This document shows, one piece after another, positions 40,068 through 49,090 of a stretch of DNA of 64,000 nt (position 1 is its first letter; the number at the start of each line of letters is the position of its first letter). The position numbers and the translations under genes were made by a program. This DNA is from Minisyncoccia bacterium. GTDB taxonomy: Bacteria > Patescibacteriota > Minisyncoccia > Moranbacterales > GCA-2747515. The notes under the pieces were generated by a model. That model was given only the letters and a program-made list of their open reading frames with translations, did no database searches and was not told the origin of the DNA. The stretch is from NCBI GenBank assembly GCA_041738235.1, contig JBGSQF010000006.1, positions 18,261 to 82,260 on the forward strand, given 5' to 3'.

Positions 40068-41417
40068 ATGGCCAAGAAATCCGAACTTCGCGTTCCTCCT
40101 CATAACCTAGAAGCTGAACAATCCGTTCTCGGCGCTTTAATGCTCGATAAAGAAGCAGTTACCCGAGTAGCCGACATTCTCCGTAAAGAAGACTTTTATA
40201 AAGATGCACATGGTCTCATATACCAAGCCATGCTTGATCTTTATGAAGAACGCGAACCGATCGACGTCTTGAGCGTTTCTAATAAGCTTGAAGAAAAAAA
40301 GATTCTTGATAAGATCGGCGGATCGGGCTATCTCGCCTCACTCGTTAGTCAAACCCCTTCCGCACAAAACATCATCCACTACGCTCGTCTCACACAGAAG
40401 AAAGCCACATTGCGCCGACTCATTCAAGTTGCCAATGAGATCGGTGAGTTAGGATACAAAGAAGCCGAGGACCTTCAGGACACACTTGATAGCGCCGAAC
40501 AAAAACTTTTTCAGATCTCACAAAAATACGTCAAAAAAGATTTCACTCCGATCAAGTCGATTTTGGAAGAAGCCTTTAACCGTATCGACGAGCTCCATAA
40601 AAGCGGTCATGATCTTCGTGGGGTACCTTCCGGATTCTCCGACCTCGATGCGATCCTGGCAGGATTTCAAAAATCAGATCTCGTCATTCTTGCCGCACGT
40701 CCCTCCATTGGAAAAACTACGCTAGCGCTAGACTTTGCTCGCCTCGTAGGAAAAGTTGCCAAAGTGCCTGTCGGGGTCTTTTCTCTAGAAATGTCCTCGG
40801 ACCAGCTCGTAGACAGGATGATCGCCGCCGAGGCCGGGATCGATCTCTGGAAACTCCGAACAGGAAAACTCAAAACAGGGTCCGATTCTGATGACTTCCA
40901 GAAGATCGGCGTTGCCATGGGAACTCTCAGTGAAGCCCCTATATTTATTGACGACACGTCAAGCGCAAACATCATGCAACTTCGCACTCTAGCGCGACGC
41001 CTCCAATCAGAACACAATCTCGGCATGATCATCATTGACTATCTCCAGCTTATGGAGGGACGCTCCAAAGAGAATCGCGTACAGGAAATCTCGGAGATCT
41101 CCAGAGGTCTCAAAAATCTTGCCAAAGAGCTCAACATCCCCGTTCTGGCCCTTTCCCAGCTTTCTCGTGGTGTAGAAAACCGAACCGACCAAGTGCCTAA
41201 ACTTTCCGACCTTCGTGAATCGGGATCGATCGAACAGGACGCCGATGTGGTGATGTTTCTCTATCGTGAAGACCGCTACAAGCCAGACTCTCCGAATAAA
41301 AACATTGTCGACCTGATTATCGCCAAGCACCGTAATGGTCCGCTGGGGAAAGTCTCTCTTTTCTTTGACGAAGCCTCCACAACTTTTCGACAACTTGAAC
41401 GTGTACATGCGGAATAA
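40068..41417 (+). CDS. dnaB: Replicative DNA helicase
   Basis: PPHNLEAEQSVLG, AARPSIGKT, DLRESGSIEQDAD. Confidence 0.98.
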   Translation: MAKKSELRVPPHNLEAEQSVLGALMLDKEAVTRVADILRKEDFYKDAHGLIYQAMLDLYEEREPIDVLSVSNKLEEKKILDKIGGSGYLASLVSQTPSAQNIIHYARLTQKKATLRRLIQVANEIGELGYKEAEDLQDTLDSAEQKLFQISQKYVKKDFTPIKSILEEAFNRIDELHKSGHDLRGVPSGFSDLDAILAGFQKSDLVILAARPSIGKTTLALDFARLVGKVAKVPVGVFSLEMSSDQLVDRMIAAEAGIDLWKLRTGKLKTGSDSDDFQKIGVAMGTLSEAPIFIDDTSSANIMQLRTLARRLQSEHNLGMIIIDYLQLMEGRSKENRVQEISEISRGLKNLAKELNIPVLALSQLSRGVENRTDQVPKLSDLRESGSIEQDADVVMFLYREDRYKPDSPNKNIVDLIIAKHRNGPLGKVSLFFDEASTTFRQLERVHAE

Positions 41418-41423
41418 GTTCAC

Positions 41424-42041
41424 ATGGACTTCTCAAAACACATATTAAAATCTATGCATTATCCCAGACCTTTTGCCAATCTCATTAAACACTTCTCCGC
41501 TCTTCCCTCCATAGGACCGAAAATGGCAGAACGCCTCGTATTGTATCTCTTCAAGCAAAATCCGGAATCTTTGCGTGATTTTTCTGAAAACCTCCAGAAA
41601 CTCACACATCTCAACTCTTGTAAAGCATGTCACAACATTTGCGAGAACGATATCTGTTTGTACTGTCAAGATACCAAAAGGGATGCCTCGGTTATTGCCG
41701 TAGTAGAAGACGCCCTTGATATCATTGCCTTAGAGCGAACAGGCATATTTCATGGACGATACCATGTCCTTGGTGGAACACTTGGGCCTATCCGAAAACA
41801 AGAAGAAGATACCTTCACTCTTTCGTCCCTCATTAAACGCATCGAAGAAGAACACATTCAAGAAGTGATCCTTGCTTTCAACCCAACCATAGAAGGCGAT
41901 ATGACTGCGCTTTACCTCAAACAAAAGATCACGCCTCTTGGTGTTACGGTAACACGACTCGCTCGCGGACTGGCCACCGGTGGAGATATTGAGTACGCCG
42001 ATGAAGAATCCCTTGCTTCAGCAATAACCAATAGAAAATAG
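41424..42041 (+). CDS. recR: Recombination mediator RecR
   Basis: LPSIGPKMAERL, C4 zinc finger, Toprim, RLARGL. Start may be 41453. Confidence 0.96.
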   Translation: MDFSKHILKSMHYPRPFANLIKHFSALPSIGPKMAERLVLYLFKQNPESLRDFSENLQKLTHLNSCKACHNICENDICLYCQDTKRDASVIAVVEDALDIIALERTGIFHGRYHVLGGTLGPIRKQEEDTFTLSSLIKRIEEEHIQEVILAFNPTIEGDMTALYLKQKITPLGVTVTRLARGLATGGDIEYADEESLASAITNRK

Positions 42042-42075
42042 ATCGCACTCTTCCCATTAAATTTAAAAAATACCT

Positions 42076-42303
42076 ATGTTTGAAAAATGGCTCAAAAAAA
42101 CTTCACAAGAAGGTCAAATACAAGATACGACATCTGGTCCTGCCCCCTCTCAAGAGATCTCGGACCAAGATCGTACACAAACACCCATAAAAACACCAAC
42201 AGACCCGCATGCCGTACGCGATTATAAAGACCTCTCACCAGAAGAAAGGGAGAAACTCAAACAAATAGCGATCAATATCCAAAAGAAAATGAGAGAAAAC
42301 TAA
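42076..42303 (+). CDS. Small hypothetical protein
   Basis: 75-aa ORF after recR, followed by a terminator. Confidence 0.55.
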   Translation: MFEKWLKKTSQEGQIQDTTSGPAPSQEISDQDRTQTPIKTPTDPHAVRDYKDLSPEEREKLKQIAINIQKKMREN

Positions 42304-42308
42304 TGAAC

Positions 42309-42338
42309 TAAAAACAGCGGACAAGCCGCTGTTTTTTT
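42309..42338. terminator. Bidirectional terminator
   Basis: AAAAACAGCGG-acaag-CCGCTGTTTTT. Confidence 0.85.
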
Positions 42339-42371
42339 ATTTCCAAGAGTATGAGACTTAACCAAGAAAAA

Positions 42372-42680
42372 TTAAGCAACCTTAGTGATCTCTACTTCAG
42401 TAAACATCTGACGATGGCCAAAAGTAACCTTGTATCTCTTTTTTGCCTTGTGCTTTATGCCAGTTACCTTCTTCGCCCGTCCCTGACCCTTTATCTTACC
42501 CTCTACAACCGTTTTTCCAAGACCCTTTGCATCAATCTTAGCAGAAGTGTCATCCCCAGCAAAAAGGACCCTATCAAAAGTAACCACCGACCCCTCTTCT
42601 CCCAAAAGTTTCTCGACGCGGATCACATCGCCCTTACTTACCAAATATTGTTTTCCCCCAGTAAAAATAATAGCATGCAT
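42372..42680 (-). CDS. rplU: 50S ribosomal protein L21
   Basis: AIIFTGGKQYLV and GHRQMFT. Confidence 0.97.
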   Translation of the reverse strand: MHAIIFTGGKQYLVSKGDVIRVEKLLGEEGSVVTFDRVLFAGDDTSAKIDAKGLGKTVVEGKIKGQGRAKKVTGIKHKAKKRYKVTFGHRQMFTEVEITKVA

Positions 42681-42727
42681 ATGTATAATCGATATTTAAA
42701 CAAAAAACGTTTTTCTACGTCTCCTGG

Positions 42728-42756
42728 ATTATAAAGACAAATAAGGAAAAAGTCAA
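42728..42756 (-). promoter_or_regulatory. Sigma70 promoter of rplU
   Basis: TTGACT-17 bp-TATAAT. Confidence 0.75.
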
Positions 42757-42863
42757 CAGCCAAGAATAAAAAACCAATACCCCTACAAATAGCACGGTTT
42801 CCCACAACTAAAAGTAAAGGTGCCAGATCCGATCCAGCCATTCACATTTTATAACCTACCTTG

Positions 42864-42934
42864 CAGGAGTGGAAGGAATCGGACCCTCGTATCAGGTTTT
42901 GGAGACCTGCGTTCTACCACTGAACTACACTCCC
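42864..42934 (-). tRNA. tRNA-Trp(CCA)
   Basis: GGGAGTG/CACTCCT acceptor, CAGGT-CT-CCA-AA-ACCTG anticodon arm; T-loop TCCGATT. Confidence 0.92.
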
Positions 42935-43040
42935 ATATGCACAACTCAATCCTATGAAAAAAGCACTCTTCTACTATACACAATTTTCTTCCAAAGAAAA
43001 AGAGGGTGCGCGATCTAGCAACCTCTTTTCTCAAGAAAGA

Positions 43041-43205
43041 CTACTTTACCTCTCGAAACTCCACATGAGACCGAGTAAGAGGACAATATCTTTTTTGCAC
43101 TAACTTCACTTGTATCTTTTTCTTATTCCGCTTTGTAAAATAGGTAATTCCAGGACAGTCCTTACTTCGAAGCTTGACCAACCTTTCTTTATACTTTGTT
43201 GCCAT
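43041..43205 (-). CDS. rpmG: 50S ribosomal protein L33 (not in ORF track)
   Basis: MATKYKERLVKLRSKDCPGITYFTKRNKKKIQVKLVQKRYCPLTRSHVEFREVK, between tRNA-Thr and tRNA-Trp. Confidence 0.92.
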   Translation of the reverse strand: MATKYKERLVKLRSKDCPGITYFTKRNKKKIQVKLVQKRYCPLTRSHVEFREVK

Positions 43206-43282
43206 ACTCTCTTACGTTAAAACAGCTTATTACACACTTCTGCCTCTTCTTCTCAAAGGGGAAAATCCAAAACCTTTCCCCA

Positions 43283-43311
43283 ACGATACCCGAACAAAAG
43301 AGAAAAGTCAA
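43283..43311 (-). promoter_or_regulatory. Sigma70 promoter of rpmG
   Basis: TTGACT-17 bp-TATCGT. Confidence 0.55.
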
Positions 43312-43370
43312 GAAAACGATTCGTAGACTAGTCAAAAAAATTCTTCACAAAAAACCATCTGCGATATATG

Positions 43371-43443
43371 AGCCGAGATCGGGAATCGAACCCGAGACCT
43401 CATCCTTACCATGGATGCGCTCTACCGACTGAGCTATCTCGGC
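43371..43443 (-). tRNA. tRNA-Thr(GGT)
   Basis: GCCGAGA/TCTCGGC acceptor, CATCC-AT-GGT-AA-GGATG. Confidence 0.95.
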
Positions 43444-43499
43444 ATTTAAAACACCGCACAACCTCCTTTATAAAAGGTTGAGAAGCAAAAGGATCTCTG

Positions 43500-43582
43500 T
43501 GGGCAGGGAGGGATTCGAACCCCCGTAGACCGAAGTCGGCAGATTTACAGTCTGCTGCGATTGACCGCTCCGCCACCTACCC
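43500..43582 (-). tRNA. tRNA-Tyr(GTA)
   Basis: GCAGA-CT-GTA-AA-TCTGC with a long variable arm. Confidence 0.95.
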
Positions 43583-43667
43583 ATTCATACAACTCTCTTT
43601 CTACACTATTTTCCTCCTTTGGGCAAATATGCCACCACATCATCACCAAATACCCGTTACTTTTCTG

Positions 43668-43740
43668 AGCCATCTGTCGGGCTCGAACCGACGACCTGCG
43701 GTTTACAAAACCGCTGCTCTACCAACTGAGCTAAGATGGC
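43668..43740 (-). tRNA. tRNA-Thr(TGT)
   Basis: GCCATCT/AGATGGC acceptor, GCGGT-TT-TGT-AA-ACCGC. Confidence 0.95.
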
Positions 43741-43745
43741 TTTAA

Positions 43746-44456
43746 TCACCTCCCAGATAAACTTTTTTCAACTCGACGCATTCGAAACCGGGCTCTACGA
43801 CTCAACGGACTCAAACGGAGCACTTGTTTAAAACACTCTTTTGCATCACTGAGGTTCCCATTTTCCATATAATAATCCCCTAAACGCTCGTATGCTTCAA
43901 CATCCCTTGGGTTCAACGCAATACGCTCTATGAGAACTTGCTCATATCGATCCTTCTCGTCCTTCTTTTGAGGAAGCGTCACTTCATCACTGATCATTGG
44001 GCGCCCTTTGAAATATTCTCTCTTACGACGTTTTGCTATTTTATCACGAGGTGAAACTACTGCCTCGACCGATATTTCACGCAATCCTTTCCTTTCCGAA
44101 TTTTGGCCTACCACAGAAGAAACTCCAAAAACCTGATCCCCCTGCTCCATCTTAGGAAATTTTACCTCTCGGACAGCGCCTCTATGCAAGGCACGTTCGA
44201 CCACAATATTCTTCAGCCACATAAAGAAGGACCTAACGACCTGGATGACCAGCATACCCAAGGACGGCTTCTGGAGGATATCTTCTTGCTCTTGCACACT
44301 CACTTCACTCTGTTTTCTTTTGGGAGGTGTTATTACCTGAAATATATTTTTTTCTCCCAAGTGAAACCGCGTACCACTGCGCTTCTTCAAAAATAACCAA
44401 ACTAAAAAGGCAACACAGCAGACAACACCGATAGGAGGAAGAATAAGTGAAAGCAT
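43746..44456 (-). CDS. Membrane-anchored TPR protein
   Basis: N-terminal TM; NPRDVEAYERLGDYY...AKECFKQVLRLSP TPR. Start taken at MLSLIL. Confidence 0.75.
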   Translation of the reverse strand: MLSLILPPIGVVCCVAFLVWLFLKKRSGTRFHLGEKNIFQVITPPKRKQSEVSVQEQEDILQKPSLGMLVIQVVRSFFMWLKNIVVERALHRGAVREVKFPKMEQGDQVFGVSSVVGQNSERKGLREISVEAVVSPRDKIAKRRKREYFKGRPMISDEVTLPQKKDEKDRYEQVLIERIALNPRDVEAYERLGDYYMENGNLSDAKECFKQVLRLSPLSRRARFRMRRVEKSLSGR

Positions 44457-44568
44457 AGGGTCATTAGAACTTGTTTGGAATCTTACCACATGACAAACTG
44501 ATACACCAGCCATTCAATCAAACACAAGAACCTCTCACTAAAAATCTGATTCAAACGAACCTTATGAT

Positions 44569-45153
44569 CTAGATCTCAAAACGCTCGAAAGAACCGATTT
44601 GGATGTTCTCTCCAATACGTGCGATAAACTCTGTCACCACCTCACGGACAGTCTTGCTGGGATCCTTTACAAATGGTTGTGTCAAAAGAGCTACTTCTTC
44701 ACGATACTTCTTTTCTTTTCCAATAAGTATGGTATCTACGATATTTTCGGGCTTTCCTTCAGCGGCAAGCTGTTCACGCCATATTATCTTTTCTTTTTCC
44801 ACGAGATCCAAAGAAACCTCCTCCGGATCCAAATATTTGGGATCAGATGCAGCAATATGCATAGCAATATCTTTCGAAAATCCAAGGAAGTCTTCATTTC
44901 GAGCAACGAAATCCGTTTCACAAAAGATCTTAACCATTACGCCGATCTTTCCATTCGTATGAATATATGAGCCGATCACACCCTCTTTCGCCTCTCGGTC
45001 TGATTTTTTAAGTGCCTTATCTTGCCCTCGTTTTTTCAACAATTCAAGTGCTTTTACTTCATCCCCTCCCGCTTCATCAAGAGCCTTTTTTACATCCACC
45101 ACTCCGGCACCAGTGCGTTCACGAATCTTTTTTATTTGTTCAAGCGTGCTCAT
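44569..45153 (-). CDS. tsf: Elongation factor Ts (short form)
   Basis: RERTGAGVVDVKKAL, CETDFVARN, IAMHIAA. Confidence 0.97.
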   Translation of the reverse strand: MSTLEQIKKIRERTGAGVVDVKKALDEAGGDEVKALELLKKRGQDKALKKSDREAKEGVIGSYIHTNGKIGVMVKIFCETDFVARNEDFLGFSKDIAMHIAASDPKYLDPEEVSLDLVEKEKIIWREQLAAEGKPENIVDTILIGKEKKYREEVALLTQPFVKDPSKTVREVVTEFIARIGENIQIGSFERFEI

Positions 45154-45180
45154 ATAGCATGTTTTGAATGAATTTAATGT

Positions 45181-45969
45181 TTATTTCTCGTCAGCAACAA
45201 CGGTAGTTGTTGTGGCAACAAGGCAAGCTTTGCAAATATGCCCCAAAAGGTATTTCAAGGAAGAGATCGCGTCATTGTTAGCAGGTATCACATAATCCAC
45301 CGACAAAGGACTATCGTTCGTATCCACAAAGGCAATGACCGGAATGCCCATCTTCTTGGCCTCATGAATAGCAATGACGTCATTTTTTATATCAGCCACA
45401 AATATTGCAGCAGGAAGTTCTTTCATCTTTCGTAGTCCTCCTACCTTTCTCTCCAATTTCTCAGCTTCTTCGGCCTTCTTCATCTGTTCAAATTTGGTGT
45501 AATGATTGAATTCTCCTGCCGCGATCTTCTGTTCGAGCTCCTCCATATGTCGCACTCGACGACGGATCACATCAAAGTTTGTAAAGGTTCCTCCAAGCCA
45601 ACGCTCAGTAATATATGGCGACTCACATTTTTCAGCGGCAGAACGTACCAACATATGAGCGTGCTTCTTCGTTCCCACAAAGAGAAGTACTTTCTTCTCG
45701 CGAACGATAGATGCAATAAATTCAAGCGCTTCCTCCAAGCGATCTTTAGTTTTCTTCAGATCGATCAGGGCGAGATCTCCCCGATAAGTATATACATACT
45801 CTTCCATCATAGGATCCCTTCTGGACTTCTTGTGTCCATAATGCACCCCAGCCTTAAAAAGTCCCTCGAGAGTAAGCTCCCATTTTGTGACGTCTTCAGT
45901 TGAAAAATAGTCAACCGGAACACTTTTTACGGACTTCTTTTTTTCCGCATCCTTTTTCTCTTCCTGCAT
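45181..45969 (-). CDS. rpsB: 30S ribosomal protein S2
   Basis: AGVHYGH, LFVGTK, RWLGGTFTNF, IPANND. Confidence 0.97.
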   Translation of the reverse strand: MQEEKKDAEKKKSVKSVPVDYFSTEDVTKWELTLEGLFKAGVHYGHKKSRRDPMMEEYVYTYRGDLALIDLKKTKDRLEEALEFIASIVREKKVLLFVGTKKHAHMLVRSAAEKCESPYITERWLGGTFTNFDVIRRRVRHMEELEQKIAAGEFNHYTKFEQMKKAEEAEKLERKVGGLRKMKELPAAIFVADIKNDVIAIHEAKKMGIPVIAFVDTNDSPLSVDYVIPANNDAISSLKYLLGHICKACLVATTTTVVADEK

Positions 45970-45984
45970 ATGTTTATAATTACC

Positions 45985-46085
45985 TTATTATCACCTCCTT
46001 TATGTAATAAATCCTTTCTCAAAAAACGAAACTGGCGGTTTCGTCAGGTAGAGAGAAAGGTCAATAAAGAATGTTTTCCCCAAAT
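45985..46085 (-). promoter_or_regulatory. Structured rpsB 5' leader (S2-leader-like)
   Basis: Nested stems CTTTAT/ATAAAG, CCTTTCTC/GAGAAAGG and CGAAAC/GTTTCG, followed by GGAGGTGA. Confidence 0.55.
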
Positions 46086-46097
46086 AGGGATACGAGA

Positions 46098-46126
46098 AGT
46101 ATACTGGAGCATTCCCCTCTTGTCAA
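46098..46126 (-). promoter_or_regulatory. Sigma70 promoter of rpsB-tsf
   Basis: TTGACA-17 bp-TATACT. Confidence 0.8.
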
Positions 46127-46204
46127 TTTTAATTCCCCGTGCTATGCTCTTTCTACGCCCAACTGCGGACGTTGTTTGTTTTTATTTATTCTAACCATCC
46201 CGTT

Positions 46205-46525
46205 ATGAAAAAAGAGATCCACCCAAAATATTTTGAAAAGGCTGAGATGCATTGTTCTTGCGGCGCCGTCTTTGTGACCGGATCTACAGAAGAAACCCTT
46301 CATATTGAAATATGCTCACAATGTCACCCTTTTTATACCGGAAAAAAGAAAGTTGTTGATACACTCGGACGCGTAGATAGGTTCAAGCGAATGACAGAAA
46401 GAGCTGATAAAAAACGCGCTGAAACAGAAAAAACCAAGGAAAATAAGAAAAAACGAGCCACCAAGAAGGAAGAAGTGGAAACACCTAAAAAAACTTCCCC
46501 GAAAAAACCCGCATCAAAAAAATAA
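46205..46525 (+). CDS. rpmE: 50S ribosomal protein L31 (Zn-binding type) with Lys-rich tail
   Basis: [29 protein letters not shown]. Confidence 0.97.
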   Translation: MKKEIHPKYFEKAEMHCSCGAVFVTGSTEETLHIEICSQCHPFYTGKKKVVDTLGRVDRFKRMTERADKKRAETEKTKENKKKRATKKEEVETPKKTSPKKPASKK

Positions 46526-46538
46526 CGGGACTTTCAAG

Positions 46539-46564
46539 AAAACCGGTTCCCTGCCGGTTTTTTT
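46539..46564 (+). terminator. Terminator after rpmE
   Basis: AAAACCGG-ttccctg-CCGGTTTTTT. Confidence 0.7.
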
Positions 46565-46625
46565 ATCCCCTTTTATTTCGTTCTTTGTTCTAAGCTCAAA
46601 ACCAATCTTGTAAATTCCCCATGTT

Positions 46626-47696
46626 ATGCACGTTATCATTGAATCACTCAAAAAAGAATACTCTGATCTTGATAAACAACTCACCTCCCCTGAGGTGGTT
46701 TCACAACCTCAGGAACTCAAGCGAATCGGGCAACGGAAGGCCGAACTTGAGGCCATTTTTACAATATCCGACCAACTCGACAAGGTACGGCTACAAATGC
46801 AAGGAAACGCGGAGATCCTCAACACGGAAAATGATGAGGAACTAAAAACCATGGCGCTTGAAGAGAATATTACCCTCGTACAAAACGAAACAAGACTCGA
46901 GCAGGAACTCAAGATCGCACTCCTTCCCAAAAACCCCAACGATGAAAAAGATGTTATTGTGGAGATCCGAGCTGGGGCCGGTGGGGATGAATCAGCACTC
47001 TTTGCCGCCGATCTGTTCCGTATGTATGCACGTTTTGCCGAACGAAAAAATTGGAAATCCAGCATTCTTCATTCACATGGAAATGGGCTCGGCGGTTACA
47101 AAGAGATCATCTTCGAGATCCACGGGGAAAATGTCTATCAAACCATGAAATACGAATCAGGTGTCCACCGCGTACAACGCATTCCTGAGACTGAAAAATC
47201 GGGACGTATCCATACGTCAACAGCTACCGTCGCTATTCTGCCAAAAGCAGAAGAGATCGACATTGCTGTCGACCCCAAGGATGTCCGTATCGATACCTTT
47301 TGTTCTTCGGGTCCTGGTGGACAATCCGTCAATACTACCTACTCTGCCGTTCGACTCACGCACGTTCCCTCAGGACTGGTTGTATCTTGCCAAGACGAGA
47401 AGTCTCAGATCAAAAATAAAGAAAAGGCCTTCACCGTCCTACGATCACGCCTACTCCAACTTGAAGAAGATCGTCGCGCCAAAGAACTTGGTGACGCGCG
47501 CCTGGGACAGATCGGCACGGGAGATCGGAGCGAAAAGATCCGCACCTATAATTTTCCCCAGGATCGCATTACCGACCATCGCATCAAACAGTCTTGGAGT
47601 GGCATTCCCGATAAACTCGATGGGAACATTGATACCCTTCTTGAGGCACTTCGGGAAGAGGATATGAAACTGCAACTCGAAAAGAAAGAAAAATAA
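46626..47696 (+). CDS. prfA: Peptide chain release factor 1
   Basis: RVQRIPETE (PxT motif), [20 protein letters not shown]. Confidence 0.98.
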   Translation: MHVIIESLKKEYSDLDKQLTSPEVVSQPQELKRIGQRKAELEAIFTISDQLDKVRLQMQGNAEILNTENDEELKTMALEENITLVQNETRLEQELKIALLPKNPNDEKDVIVEIRAGAGGDESALFAADLFRMYARFAERKNWKSSILHSHGNGLGGYKEIIFEIHGENVYQTMKYESGVHRVQRIPETEKSGRIHTSTATVAILPKAEEIDIAVDPKDVRIDTFCSSGPGGQSVNTTYSAVRLTHVPSGLVVSCQDEKSQIKNKEKAFTVLRSRLLQLEEDRRAKELGDARLGQIGTGDRSEKIRTYNFPQDRITDHRIKQSWSGIPDKLDGNIDTLLEALREEDMKLQLEKKEK

Positions 47697-47720
47697 CGTC
47701 TATTGCTTTCCCATTAAGAC

Positions 47721-47753
47721 AAAAAAAATCGGCGACACATCCCTGTGTATCGC
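47721..47753 (-). terminator. Terminator of the antisense ORFan
   Basis: Minus strand GCGATACA-caggga-TGTGTCGC-cga-T8. Confidence 0.65.
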
Positions 47754-47777
47754 GCGATTCCCTGCACAACTGCATCC

Positions 47778-48020
47778 TCACCGCATCCTCCTTGCGATGA
47801 GCCTCACAGCAGCGCACCCACCATTGATCTCCGAAGAAAGAAATGGATATCCATCCATCCCACTTCCCCGTTTGAGTGCATAGGTCCTGGGCCCAATCTT
47901 GACCCGAAGGCCAACCCCATTGATACGGGCTTCCACGATGCGCCCGTGGATACGAATTTCCCTCCTGGGAACAAGCGTGATGCACTCGATGGTGCAAAAA
48001 AATCTGCGTGGTTTACACAC
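47778..48020 (-). CDS. 80-aa basic ORFan between prfA and prmC
   Basis: GTG start 7 nt after AGAGGAG; upstream TTGACT-16-TATCAT; downstream terminator. Confidence 0.5.
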   Translation of the reverse strand: MCKPRRFFCTIECITLVPRREIRIHGRIVEARINGVGLRVKIGPRTYALKRGSGMDGYPFLSSEINGGCAAVRLIARRMR

Positions 48021-48084
48021 AATTTAGCTCCTCTGGTGGTTTCGGAAATTTTAAGAATGATACAACATTGGTATTTAAAGTCAA

Positions 48085-48993
48085 ATGTCCACTATTTACA
48101 CCCTTACTAAAAACCTGCGAGAAGCTTCAACCGTTGAGTCGGCCGACGTTGTATTGATCCTTTCTTTTATTCTCAAAAGACCAAAAGAGTATATCCTCGC
48201 GCACCCGGAACACGAACTCTCAAAAGAAGAACAGAAAAAACTTCAACAGCTCCTGGAAAGACGCGGATCAGGAGAGCCCCTCGCATACATCTTTGGAAAA
48301 AAAGAGTTCTTTGGAAAGGACTTTCGGGTCACGCCCGATACCCTCATCCCACGACCAGAGACAGAACTGCTTGTGGAAGAAACGGTGGAGCACCTTCTAA
48401 AGAACGAGAATAAAAAAACAATTCTTGTCGATGTTGGAACAGGATCAGGATGCATCATCGCATCAGTCGTTAGTCAGCTAAGAAAATTAAATTCTACATT
48501 ACTCCAAGATATTAAATTCTATGGTCTTGATATTTCCAAGCAATCACTCGACATCGCAATAAAAAATGCGAAGTGCCATAACGTTTTAAGTAACATTGTT
48601 TTTCTCCGATCAAATCTTTTGGAATATCTTTTGCATCACCCATCCTTGATCAAAGATCATACATCACTCATTGTTGTTGCAAATCTTCCTTACGTTCCTT
48701 CTGCATACCTCCAACAGAAAAAAACAAAACTCACGAAAGGGCTTTCTTTTGAACCATCGCTCGCACTCGATGGTGGCAAGGATGGTTTCGATCTCTATCG
48801 ATCACTTCTCGATCAAATTCGATCACTTCGAAAGTTACATTCACACATCATCATTCACTGTTTATTTGAAATAGGGAATGATCAAAAATTAACCTCCAAA
48901 AAAAATATTACAAGCGTATTTCCCCACATCAAAATCAGTTCTAAAAAAGATCTCTCAGGACAGATACGCATGATAAAATTTTCCTTAGATTAA
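48085..48993 (+). CDS. prmC: Release factor glutamine methyltransferase
   Basis: GEPLAYI, LIPRPETE, DVGTGSG, ANLPY. Confidence 0.95.
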   Translation: MSTIYTLTKNLREASTVESADVVLILSFILKRPKEYILAHPEHELSKEEQKKLQQLLERRGSGEPLAYIFGKKEFFGKDFRVTPDTLIPRPETELLVEETVEHLLKNENKKTILVDVGTGSGCIIASVVSQLRKLNSTLLQDIKFYGLDISKQSLDIAIKNAKCHNVLSNIVFLRSNLLEYLLHHPSLIKDHTSLIVVANLPYVPSAYLQQKKTKLTKGLSFEPSLALDGGKDGFDLYRSLLDQIRSLRKLHSHIIIHCLFEIGNDQKLTSKKNITSVFPHIKISSKKDLSGQIRMIKFSLD

Positions 48994-49007
48994 AGTAAAA
49001 ATACAAC

Positions 49008-49047
49008 ATAAAACAAAAGCTCCGGAGTTCCGGAGCTTTTGTTTTAT
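49008..49047. terminator. Bidirectional terminator, perfect 19-bp inverted repeat
   Basis: ATAAAACAAAAGCTCCGGA-gt-TCCGGAGCTTTTGTTTTAT between convergent prmC and the histone-like gene. Confidence 0.85.
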
Positions 49048-49090
49048 ATCGAAATCAAAAGAGCTTTTTGTATTGTTTTTCAAGACAAAA

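Noticed and set aside
47745-48110. 121-aa + strand ORF between prfA and prmC
   Set aside because: Starts inside a hairpin, has no SD and is Pro-rich. Expression signals favour the minus-strand ORF, although this ORF is not excluded.
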